Program-made: the position numbers and the translations under genes
Notes under the pieces: model-generated
Seen by the model: the letters and a program-made list of their open reading frames with translations, nothing else
Database searches by the model: none
Told to the model about the DNA's origin: nothing
Assembly (NCBI RefSeq): GCF_001194135.2
Contig: NC_068982.1
Coordinates: 21,082,152-21,121,123, forward strand
Source: Octopus bimaculoides
Taxonomy: Eukaryota
DNA: 38,972 bases
Direction: 5' to 3'
In this document: positions 23,440 to 35,963 of the stretch, piece after piece
How the letters are laid out: each line of letters opens with the position of its first letter
Position numbering within the stretch: the stretch's first letter is position 1

Positions 23440-24960
23440 GATGACATTCTGTGAATCATGTAAAACTAACTTGTAAAACTATACGATGGATTCCGATAAC
23501 TAGTATCAAGGAAGGTCGATGACATGGTACCACAGTCATGGATAAGTGAACGTTTGGGTATGATCAGTATAGTAGAGAACATAAGAGAATCAATTAGTTC
23601 CAGCATGAAGAAATGGAAAGTAGATTTCTACTCAGGTGACATACTTTTAGGGAAAATTAATATCAAAAGAGGATGTTCCAGGGGAATTCGTTGTCCCCTT
23701 TAATATATTTGATTCACCTCAGACACGGTACCAGTTCAGAAAAAGTACTGGAAAACTTAGCAATCTCTTACAAAATCATCACATTTGGACTGGCAAAATA
23801 TCTTGAAACATCTAAAGAATGGATGCTAAAGCTCGTTGAAAACTACATAACATATAATAAACTTTATTCTGTTATGACGGGTTGCAATACATTTTCTACA
23901 TAATACCCAAGTTGGATTGCATGATGTAAGTGCGGCAACTGTAGTTGCAGAGAAGGTGAAATTAATAGTATAGCAAAATGCTTTTGAACAATTGGTTGAT
24001 AGGCGGGAACCAAAATCTCTGCATTACAAATATGTGGCCCACAGCAAACAAGCTGATGTAGACCAGAAGCACAGCCATCAGTGGCTTCGGAGCTCAGGAC
24101 TAAAGGCAGAGTGAAGGATTTTTCTTGGCTGCTCAAGAACAGAGCGTATTGGCTCGGAACTATGAAGCCAATGTGATGAAAAATTGTGTAGACCCAAGAC
24201 GACGATACTACAACGATGAGATTGGATTAGTGGACCACGTAATGTCTGTAGATTACAAATTAACACTTGACAGAGTTGTACAATATTTTCATTGGATAAT
24301 GCGTCGGCATTATAAAATCAAAACTGCTGACATGCTGAGGCTGTAACTGAGGGAGAAAATGTCACGATTCTTTGGGACTTTCCAGTATGTACAGACCAAG
24401 CTATCAAAGCAAATGAACCAGATATTGCTGTGAAAGACCGAAACAATAAAGTCCCTTTTATTGATTGACATAAGCATACCCTGTGATTCTAATATTTCGG
24501 CAAAAGAATTCCATAAGCTCTGAAAATATAAAGATTTGCTAGCGCGGCATCTCAAGACGGTCACAATACCAATGATTGTAGGAGCACTTGGGATGTTCAA
24601 AAAAGGAAGTGGAAAATATTTGAGAATGATCCCTGGATTACCATCAATGTAATAAGTACAATAGATTGTTTTAACTGAAACGACACATTTACTGAGAAGA
24701 GCATATTTTCTGTTAATTTTCTTTTCTTTTTCTCCTTTCTTTTCTTTGTTTACTTTTTTTTAATTTTATGTTGTTACGTTATTCTCTTCGCTTTTTTTTA
24801 TCACAGGTCTTTGTAAATGAACAATGTGGTGTGTTTATTTTAATGATCTACCAATATATACAATGCGTTTCTCTGCCCTGGGTGTAAGAAAGACACTCGG
24901 CAAGAAATGGAAAGAGAATTGAAAAAAGATCATAATGAAAATGAAATAATAATTATAATA
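23440..24960 (+). mobile_element. Decayed R4/Dong-clade LINE: partial RT with internal deletion, RLE domain and 3' UTR
   Basis: Peptides SMKKWKV, KINIKRG, FQGNSLSPLI, then a jump to YKIITFGLAKYLETS (homologous to 7910-7960), HQWLRSSGLKAE, AAQEQSVLARNY, ILWDFPVCTDQAIKANEPDI, IPMIVGALG. The YMDD region is missing. Ends in a degenerate TAA-rich run at about 24930-24960. Confidence 0.9.
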
Positions 24961-24974
24961 AGCTTGCTAGCACA

Positions 24975-25513
24975 GAAAGAATAGAAGAAAATATGTGACA
25001 ACCTAGGGAGAACAATTCACTGGTCATTATATAGATAGCTAGGATTTCACTATACTGTTAAATGGTATGAACACGAACCTACTAAAGAAAGAAATATAGG
25101 TTGTTGTGAGACATTAACATTCAAAGTGACAAAATAATAGAAGCTAGAAGGCCTGATTTAGTAGTAGACAAACAGAGTAGAAACTGCTAGATTGTTGACT
25201 TTACTGTCTCAGACGAGGAATAAATTAATATAAGAGGTACAGAAAAATAGTAAAGTACAAGGACATAGCTATTGAATTAGAGACTATGGAAAGTGTGGGT
25301 AAAATGTATCCCAGTTGTTATAGGTGCATTAGGAATTATCCCTGAAGATTTGAACGGATGAACATAGGAAATAGGCATCAAACCCAGTTTAGTACACCTC
25401 CAGAAAACTGTTATTAGGGACAGCTAAGTTATTTAGAAATGTTCTAGCATCTAAATTGCGTTTTTTGTAGCCTGATGCTATGATTGTTTTTTCCAACAGT
25501 CTAATCTGTTGTG

Positions 25514-25585
<72 letters not shown>

Positions 25586-25593
25586 GATAATAA
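24975..25593 (+). mobile_element. 5'-truncated R4/Dong-clade LINE (RLE domain only) with a (TAA)n tail
   Basis: Peptides DNLGRTIHWSLY, KWYEHEP, ARRPDLVVDK, KYKDIAIEL, IPVVIGALGIIP, HLQKTV, GTAKLFRNVLAS. (TAA)n run at about 25515-25593. Confidence 0.9.
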
Positions 25594-25685
25594 TAGTTAC
25601 ATTTCTTTGCCACAAAGGTGACTGATGAGGGGGATCATACAGAGACAAAGCGATTTAATATTTCTGTCAGATATACATATCTCAC

Positions 25686-25748
25686 GGTGGTGCACCAGCA
25701 TGACCGCAGCCACTTGGCTGAAACACATAAATAAATAAATAAATAAAT
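25686..25748 (+). mobile_element. SINE family A-like 3' end with an (ATAA)n tail
   Basis: ggtggtgcaccagcatgaccgcag...gaaacacataaataaataaat matches the reverse complement of about 12170-12212. Confidence 0.75.
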
Positions 25749-28700
25749 ATATATTACGCCTCTGAATGTTAGGTATATACAGAATTTTTCAAACTACATT
25801 TTGCATACGATATGGGGCAGATTCTTTGCAAGGTATCATATTATTATAACTATGATTGTAAAAGCTAGGTGAAAGCTCGTTGTCTGCGTAAGGTTTCAGT
25901 CCCACCGGGGGAATACAACTTCAAGTCCCAAGCTTTAAGACCACGAATGTTATGATAGGTAAATGTCATCAAATTTAAATATGTACGAAGATATCTAAGT
26001 ACTGTTTAATGAATGCCCTAACATTATATGGGCAATGGATGAATCTGTATAGAAAACACGTATACACTATACGATGTACAATGAAAAACGAATACCACAT
26101 CACAACATAATAAACAGAGCGAGACAGGCAATATTACATAACACTGACAGGAAATGGATCTTCTCTTACTGACGTAATTCAGTAATATGCAATAGGACAC
26201 GGACAGGAAACAGACGATACATGAATCAACAGAACTCTAGCATACTGATAAATATACTATTCTTATCCTGTATTCTTGCTTTTTAATAAAAAAGACATTT
26301 ATTCATGAATATACTACATTACATGATACTTATTTCCCTTTCCCAATTAAAATAAAAGTGTGAATGTCTACAGTAACGAATGCACTTTTGTAAAAGATAG
26401 AAGTACCGAAGAAAACTGGAAGTGTAAAGGGATGTATAGTTTAGATATTTTACATAGTAAACCATGTACATTATTCAGATTGTATTGCATAACATTTCTG
26501 AAGTGTAGTATAAGCAATGAAAAACACTGCAGACAATTAAATCAAATAAACATTTTAGACAGTAGAGTATTAATGCAAACTATTAACAAAGAAAATGCTT
26601 CTATCGAAAACGCACTTTCCAAAAGAACATGCTTAAATTTCACTGAATAATATTCGAAAACCAACAGAAATTAAATAAGACAAAACACAATATGAGATAC
26701 ACATTGAGAATATTATGTGGGAACGAAGTTATACAACAACAGCCTTCGATACTTTTATGTGCTGATTAAATGTGAATTGTTGAGGATGTGAAATAGGTTA
26801 CTATTGAAGTTTTAAAACCGTTTTCGCTTTTATACCATGTTTATTGTATCGATGGCTTTAGGAGATAAACAATTGTGGTTAAATGGACTTTAGAAGTAGT
26901 AACATTTACGTGCAATAATGGAATTGAAACATCATAAACCGGGGAATGGTGAGTGATATTTAATCCCAGTGTAAATTCGACTACCCTAAACAATATTACA
27001 CTGCGAATCACCCAACCCCTCCGCAGCAATCCAACACCCTACCATCTCATCTCTCGTCTCTAACTCTTGCCACTCTTACTGCGTTCAATGTACTCGGTCC
27101 GGCATTACCTCTTATGCTTGCTGAAATATTCTACTTTCATGTCTCACTTCCAGGTGCTGTGTTGCAACACTTTAAGTGGAACATTAATGATATTATGTTA
27201 TCGGCAACGGATTTACACATATTTCTCTTATCTGTTTCGTCGTTCTGCATAGACAAGAAATGTATATCTGTCACACTCCCATTCGACTATATAAAATGCA
27301 ACTAAGATATCAAACTTTAGGTAAGGTATCATACTTGTGTTCATCAAGAGAAATATTATAATTTCGACATGGATTAATTTTATTTAATTTCACTTCAGTC
27401 ATATCTTCCTCTACGAAATCACTTTAATCTTATAGATATTAATGCATATTCAGCATAAATCATATTGTATTCCAATTCCTTGCACTGCATATAATTAAAT
27501 AAAATGTTGTATACTGTGCTTGAGATGTGTCTAAGTATACCAAATCACAAATGTACAATAAGAAGCTATTAATTTTATGTTTTCAAAGATATATTGTGCC
27601 AGGTTTCTGTGTGAAGTAGATAGTACCTATGCTGGATTAAACTAAAATATTTTGAAATAGAAACAGTGTCTTTTAGCTACACATACAAACCCGTGTGTGG
27701 AAGAAATGCTAAATAATCTCTATTTTGGAATTAATAGGGTCATATGCCGTATGGTGTATTATATAATTTTATTTCTAATCGTATGCATTTGAATATAAAC
27801 ATTATATAACCGTATACACATGTGTGCATGCACCTACGTATATAGAAACTTATCCATGTACAAATACAATTTGTAGCACATTCGAAGAAAATTGTAGCGA
27901 TTATACGAGACACATATGAAGAGCGAAACCAATTTTAAAACTCCGAAGTTAATTTGATTTATCTCCCACTGAGATGTAAACTGGTAAGAACAGTTGTCTA
28001 ATGCAATATACATTCTTTCCAGAGACATTTCACCTCGACGCAAAAGTACTTAAAATTGTTTCTCAGCTTCTCAGCTGACTATGGCCATTACAATCAAACG
28101 TCAAAAGCACCATAGTGATTTTACTTATTGTAGTAAATGTGTTGACATAAGAAAAACATGGTTATTTTGGACAATTTAATTCCACTGGGGAGACAATAAG
28201 TCTAAGAATATGATGATTGCGATGATAATTATTATTGTTTTTGTGGTGTTTTATCCGCGTTCGGGATTGATAATTGCGGTGTGTCTCAAATCTCTTTGTT
28301 AAGCACAATCATGAAACTAGTAGTTAATAACCCTACTGTTGGCTGGTATTTTGCATGCCATATCATTTGGTGTGAACTTTCAAATATATATTAACATGCT
28401 TAACTAAAAGAGTGCTGACCAAAGGGAAATTGCATCTATGCGTTTGCTGAAATCCGTTTAACATCTTTAACCGAAACAGACATTATCTATAATTATTTAA
28501 GCTAACCTTATGCGGAGAAACATGCTATCTGAGTCTTACATTCAAGAAATTTTGTTTTGAAATATTTTAAATTGCAAAAATTGTTAGATTTGATTCCTTC
28601 ATCTCACAAAAAGAAAACGAGAAAACACGACTTATCATTATCTCAGGCCAGCAAAGTTTGCTACATTTTGATGTTCCAATGAAATGCACACATGTCGAAC

Positions 28701-30127
28701 ATGATCAGATAAATCGATCGGGTTCGAATAACAAGATCTGATATTCTCGGCAATCGAACTGCAAAATTAATGGTTACAATGTTTGAAATCTCTTCAGTGT
28801 TTCCGAAACGACTTCAAATAAATTATATCAACTTTTAAAGGTCAATGAATATAAGTTATTGTACTGTTTGTAATATTTTACATTTCCTAACGATTAAACA
28901 TTTTGCTATGAATATTGGAGCTATATATATTTATATTCAGGTAATGTTTTTAGAAACGAATAGCAGAAATCAGGACTTGAAATGATGTCGAGGAATCTGA
29001 TACATTTAGAAGTCTGTTACTTGTGATTTTCCTAGCTCAAAAACCTCCAAATATTTATTTCAATTGTTCATCTAATGTTTAGTTTTCAAACAAAATTATA
29101 AATTATTTTATTGCTTGCATTTGTAACTGAACAGCTTAGATTTTTTGAAATTGTTTAATAAGCGTAATAAGCATGAAGCAATTCGTAATGTCGTCTTCTT
29201 TATAAAGTTAAGATCTATAATCTATAGTTTTCAAGTTTGAAATAAAAATAATTTTCTTATCGTGCTTCCTCTTTTGCTTTAAGGAAATAAAGATACGAGG
29301 ACAGATATCTAACGATCTATCGATTTATAAATGTAGGGTTTAAAAGGCACCTTATCCTTATTTATTTGATTCTTTGTTTTAACGGACCGAACGTAAGGGA
29401 ACTGAATGAAGAGTAACCGAATTAAAATAATCGGCAAATCAGAATACCGAATAATTGAACGAGCAAAATTTCAAAATAACTTACATTGAAGAACATTAGA
29501 AATAACATTAAAAGAAGTTTGGTGTTAATATTCATATATTTCAAATCTTAAAAGTGAGCAAATCTGAGGTCACAAAAAACAGTTATTGAAAAATAAATTA
29601 TATTCCAATATGATACCGCAACAACAAGCAAAAATGTAAATAGATTTTACTCGATAACTCCTTCCATAATTCTAAATGTATTATGGAATATCTCCAACGC
29701 AATATGAGCTTAATGAAAATCTGCCCATTGCTGTTCCGCAACGAAAGATAAAGATTATGGGAATATATAAGCACAGAACACTAACTCCAGTCGTGCAAAA
29801 TTTTGCTCACTATTTGACTACCAATATTTATGATTTTAGTGGAAGACAAGAAAGAAAATATTCAATAGTAGAAGAATCGAAATAAGGAAGCAGATCGATA
29901 AACTAGTTACGTTTCCATCTATTCTTGTATTTAGATTTAATTCTTCAATGTGTATAAATACGGCGTTTTTGAAATAAAATTCTATAACCTTAAAGAAATA
30001 TGTTTATGAGTGTTTTTACTATATTATTTTTATATATTCATTCAAAGTTTGACATTTATGTTTTAGTCCTTCTTTCCTTCTCTCTCGGTTAGTCCTCTCT
30101 CTCTCTCGCTCTCTCTCTCTCTCTGTC

Positions 30128-30173
<46 letters not shown>

Positions 30174-30683
30174 NNNNNNNNNNNNNNNNNNNNNNNNNNN
30201 NNNNNNNNNNNNNNNNNNNNNNNNNNNNNNNNNNNNNNNNNNNNNNNNNNNNNNNNNNNNNNNNNNNNNNNNNNNNNNNNNNNNNNNNNNNNNNNNNNNN
30301 NNNNNNNNNNNNNNNNNNNNNNNNNNNNNNNNNNNNNNNNNNNNNNNNNNNNNNNNNNNNNNNNNNNNNNNNNNNNNNNNNNNNNNNNNNNNNNNNNNNN
30401 NNNNNNNNNNNNNNNNNNNNNNNNNNNNNNNNNNNNNNNNNNNNNNNNNNNNNNNNNNNNNNNNNNNNNNNNNNNNNNNNNNNNNNNNNNNNNNNNNNNN
30501 NNNNNNNNNNNNNNNNNNNNNNNNNNNNNNNNNNNNNNNNNNNNNNNNNNNNNNNNNNNNNNNNNNNNNNNNNNNNNNNNNNNNNNNNNNNNNNNNNNNN
30601 NNNNNNNNNNNNNNNNNNNNNNNNNNNNNNNNNNNNNNNNNNNNNNNNNNNNNNNNNNNNNNNNNNNNNNNNNNNNNNNNNNN
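30174..30683. other. Assembly gap (510 N) between (TA)n tracts
   Basis: Run of N. Confidence 1.
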
Positions 30684-30728
<45 letters not shown>

Positions 30729-32419
30729 ACACACATACGCACACATAGATGTCAATGTAGATACAAGTACACAATGCGCAGTTATGCACAAACTTATAGC
30801 AGGTTGCATTTATATGTATATGAATACATATCTCTATTTGATTCTTAGTTTCCATATGCCATGTTCATATCTTACTCTATGCAATACTCCATGACTAATC
30901 CTGTTCGGCTATATCATTAAATCCTATAGGCTACTTGGCACAGCAGGATGCAGTAAAATACGTAAGATGTTATTAAGATTTATAAAAACACAATCATAGC
31001 TTGCGTATATTCGTAAACTAGATTGATTCCTGATTTAAATATGTTTTTCATTTAGCTAGAAGCCATTTCACATATTGCCAAATCACCGTTTGAGAAATCT
31101 CTTTTTATGAAATTTCTATTGACTTTACATATATATCTCCTCTCGCTTTAGATCAGACAAGTTGCTTTCTGTGTAATAGCCAAAGTTTATCAGATTTATA
31201 ATGTACAAACTGAAAAACGAATTGTTTGTTTCCGTTTACTTTTTTCAATAAGCTGATGGTTTAACAATAGAATTTTACACACAAATTTCAAATAATTAAT
31301 CTAAAAGGAAAATGAATAAGTAAAAGCAAATAATGATAATAAAAGTAAGAATATTATTGGCTTCTTGAACTCCGCTTAACCGTTGCTTTCTACTTGAAAC
31401 GCATACTAAATTATTGCTGAACTGAAGACAATGGCAGCAATTAATAATTTAAGGTTAACGTTTATTGAAAAGGAGTGAACTTTTGCCTAAAGAAATAGTC
31501 AAACATTGTGCCAAAAACTGAACCCTTGTTTCCGTGCCCATGAGCGGAAAGTATTGCCACTTAACGAGTTTTATTTTTTATAATTTACGTGGCACAAAGT
31601 TCAGCTATTTTCTTATCAATATTAACTTTGCCTTTGGCTAACAAGTATTTTGATCAAGCGATAAAATAGCAACATACTGCTGACTCGAGCAAGGTTCGCT
31701 TATTAGCAGAATACGTTTGTTTTACTACTACAAAAAACAGTCAACACTGAGTGCTTTAAATACAGCAATATTTTATTTCAATATTCTTTTAAAATACATT
31801 TTACTTGCTGCTAGAAAAAGAATAACGAACCGTATGCATAATTTTGCTTATGTATGGTGTTCCAACGTATGCAAGTTAGCCCGTTCCATATAAAAGTCTC
31901 CCAGATATAAGTATACAGACATAAGGAAAACACGAGTGAGTTGTTTTATATATATAAATATATATATATTTAATAATAATAATACATATTAATAATAAGG
32001 ATTGCTACGAAGTAGCATAGCGTTACCTTTAATTCCTTTATATAGAACTACACATTTTTCTACTGCATTGATTAGCTACCGTTACAATTGCGAGCCTACT
32101 ATAATACCGGTGCAGTTTCTTCATGGTCTTCACTTTAATATCCTTCGATCTAACTGTTTACAGGTTTTCGTTTCTCTACTCTGCGTTGTATGATGTGGAG
32201 TTGTTCGTTAATTAACTTCATATATATATATATATCGCCGAGCAAACACGCGAACTACTTCGGCCCTTTCAAGTTCGTGCCTCACAGCGTTCATACACAC
32301 ATAATTTTTCTCGGCTGGCCGTAAAGCCCTTTCTGTTTGTTTTCCTGTCTTGTTTTTTGTCCGCCACGACATTCCTCCATGGCAATATTTAATTTGTGTA
32401 TACAAATTTAATTTGCGAT

Positions 32420-32600
32420 CCATGGGAAGAGCCGTTTTAACGATGCGTCCTGCCCAGCTCTTCGAAACGCCGGTGTTAAAACGGGGGTAGCTGATGAAGT
32501 AGAATGTTCTCTATGTGGCTTGTGTGTTTTCTCGTCTACGTTTTGTTTGCAATGTCCTGTACCCAGATATGCACCTATACATACAGGCGGATGTCGGTAC
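32420..32600 (+). repeat. GC-richer structured segment, possibly a Penelope-like terminal-repeat fragment
   Basis: Interleaved inverted repeats plus isolated GAAAC and CTGATGA motifs. The family assignment is a resemblance only. Confidence 0.3.
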
Positions 32601-32646
32601 GCACATACCTGTACGTATAAATGCATCTACTCATTTACTATTTGTT

Positions 32647-32750
32647 TATATATATATATATACATACATACATACACATACACACACACACATACACACA
32701 CGCACACACACACAGACACACACACACGCACACACACACACATGCATATA
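32647..32750. repeat. (TA)n-(CA)n compound microsatellite
   Basis: Read directly. Confidence 0.95.
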
Positions 32751-32899
32751 TATGTTGTGTTGACGCCACAGGCGAAGAAGTAGGATCTCCCAAGACATAC
32801 AAATAGAGGTAGTCTGGCCGTGGTAGGAGTGTTGAGGAGCAGTCGAGTAGCAGTTGTGTAGCGATCATCCGAAGGTGCTAGATAGCAGTAGTTTGAAAC

Positions 32900-32937
<38 letters not shown>

Positions 32938-34196
32938 CTTGCAATTTAATTGTATTCCAAGTAGTGTATTAAAAATGCTTCATTAATTTCATGAAAAAGC
33001 TTAAATGGGAGAAATAAATATCTTGAAAATGAGATGAATGTTTAAGATTATTACGGTCTCATTTTATGAGTTGGGTGGTTGATTTTAGGGTAGGGTAGGG
33101 TAGGGCATTAATAAGATAAGCGTTGTGTTTCTCCTTCATATACGTTACAGTTATTATAGTTTCGTTAAATTGGGAAACATTTTGACGATGACACCTGGCA
33201 TTTGTCTCCAGTTCAACATTACTTTCAATTGTAATTAATTATATATTTTTATTTTTAAATTAATTGATATTACATTTAAGCAATTCAATATATATTTTAA
33301 TGATTTAATATATTGTTGACATTAGGTATGAATTAATTGTGTGTGAATTGTTTTTGTATCTCGTTGTAATTTAGGTTAAACGATATAACAGTCGTAAAAG
33401 TCAGTTATTCTCAAGTATAAATGATTGCACGTGCTATCAGTTACAGTTCTTCTATGATATGTGTGTGAGTATGTGTGCATGCATGAGTGCGTGTGTGTGA
33501 CAATTACAGTAATGAAATATACACAGTTCGAGTTTCAGATGAAGTTTTATATTAATATCGGATGAAATCTATTTCCCAGCTTTGTGTATTCTAACTGAAG
33601 AAAATGCCAGGCTTCCTGATCATGCAATCCAAAATTTGTGAAAAATGATAAATGAAACGTGGGTTGCATTGAATTTGACGTTTTCTATGACCTTATATTC
33701 ATATATCTTATAGCCAACTAATATTATTTCCATGTAATATGAATAATATATGCATTGATGATTAAATCTGCTCGTCATGATACTGTGATTTTGTTGGTAG
33801 ATGTACACCGCCTATATTTCTATATAAATTGTTCGTACAATATATTGAAATACCTAACAGTTGCTGACTGCTATTACTGCTACTAAAATTACGATACCTT
33901 GAAGATAGATCGCGTAGGTTTCGGGTGTGTTTGAAAAAGAGAATTTGGAATGCTCGTAGGATTTACTTATGCAGGGACAGTGTAGAGCGGCGGAAAAGGA
34001 ATGGAAAGGGGATGCGATTGGGATTCGGGCGTGGGGGAGGAGAAAGGGATGATTTGCGATCAAGTGATTGTGTGTTTACCTATATACATAGACACAAACA
34101 TATACGTTTGTACACACATGCACACACATATACACTTACATATATGTTTGGGTACGTGGGTGCATGTGTATATATACAAATAAACACACACATATG

Positions 34197-34253
<57 letters not shown>

Positions 34254-35189
34254 GATTATTCGCAATATTTATATAGGTGCAAGTGATTTATTTGTAAATG
34301 CATAAGATAGTTATTGTTTCGCATTTCTACATTTATAACAAGAAAAATAAATCAGGATTTCTGAATCACCTGCCGCATTACATATTACGTGTTGGATAAT
34401 TATTACTATAAAATATTTAGTTTTCATAATAATGTTTACTTCCGTCACAATATCAATAACAACCTCATACCTGGAATAATTTGTGGTTTACATTTATTTA
34501 CATTACTTTACATATTGATATAGCATGTCGTTATTTCGTTGCATTGATAGATATAGGAAACGCTATTGTTCCAGAGGAAATAGAAAATATTCAAAAAAGT
34601 TATAGTAAGTATCAAATAAAATATCTATAACTTGAAAAGAGTCACGATTTCAATATAATGCTAAAGAAATACTATTTTCACTAAAATCGCATGCAAACAC
34701 ATATATACACACACGCAGTCAAATATTCATATACATAGGTATGTATATGTATCTGCATATATGCATATATGTGTATGAATATTATACACACACACACACA
34801 CACATATATATATACATACATACACACATACATGTATGTATGCGTGTATATTTTATTCGCACCCACAAAAACCGCGTACGTGCTAGTAATTTGGTTTCAT
34901 TGCTAATAGAAATCCCGATACATGCTGAATGCGATGTAAAATATTAGATTCCGTCGTACTAGTAGCAGCATCTGACTAATATTCACAGCAGTGGAATTGT
35001 TTACGTAATAGTTTATCACAGTAAAAGCCAGTTTTTTTCGTAGATCAGCGAACTTAGAATAAAATAATCATTTTGAAAATTATCGATCTTTATCATGTGG
35101 TAAGTAACTTCAGAGTCAATGTGCAGCACGTTGGACAAGTTTCATACGCGAAATCAATGTTCTGTAAACATGTGAAGGGAATCAGAATA

Positions 35190-35346
35190 GGCGTTGCCAT
35201 GTTTGATTAAGTTGCTCGTTTCCTAACCATATGGCTTCAATGATAATGCGCGTCACATTAGGTAAATATCTTCTACAATAGCCCCAGGCTTCGTAGGCCT
35301 TGTGGGTGGTTTTCGTTGAGAAAACTGAAAGAATCCCGTCGTATAT
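35190..35346 (+). mobile_element. Old SINE family A head and core region
   Basis: Colinear blocks cctaaccatatgg, tatcttctacaatagcccc, gccttgtgggtgg and aaactgaaagaatcccgtcgtata match the reverse complement of 7551-7705. Confidence 0.75.
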
Positions 35347-35787
35347 AAATACATGTATATACCTGTTTCCTTACGTTTGTTTTGTATTAGTGTTAGTTAG
35401 TTCCACCACCTCATGTCATTTATTCCCTTCCAGTGTTTCGCAAATTCTTAAATATTTCTCCTTCTGTATATATATATATACTACCGCACAAGCATGATTT
35501 TTATTGAACTCAAAATACTTATTGTATTCCCTTTCTTGAACTCTTTCATGTAAACTGTTTTTAACATTTTCTCATCATTATCAAAGACTGTGTAACTGTA
35601 TAACCATTTTTTAACACAGCAAAGCTTATACAAAGCTTTATATTTTACTTTTGATAATCTTTGTTTCTATAAAAGTGAAACCGGTGAAGTCAATAAGCAT
35701 CTCTAAAAGACGTTTGCATTTTCAAACCTTCTTTCACATATATTTTCACTTACAACTTTACTTTGTTATATATATATATATATATAT

Positions 35788-35904
35788 NNNNNNNNNNNNN
35801 NNNNNNNNNNNNNNNNNNNNNNNNNNNNNNNNNNNNNNNNNNNNNNNNNNNNNNNNNNNNNNNNNNNNNNNNNNNNNNNNNNNNNNNNNNNNNNNNNNNN
35901 NNNN
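35788..35904. other. Assembly gap (117 N) between (TA)n and (TG)n
   Basis: Run of N. Confidence 1.
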
Positions 35905-35915
35905 GTGTATGTGTA

Positions 35916-35963
<48 letters not shown>

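Noticed and set aside
25620-25660. CTGATGAGG motif
   Set aside because: No stem II closure or GAAA follows.
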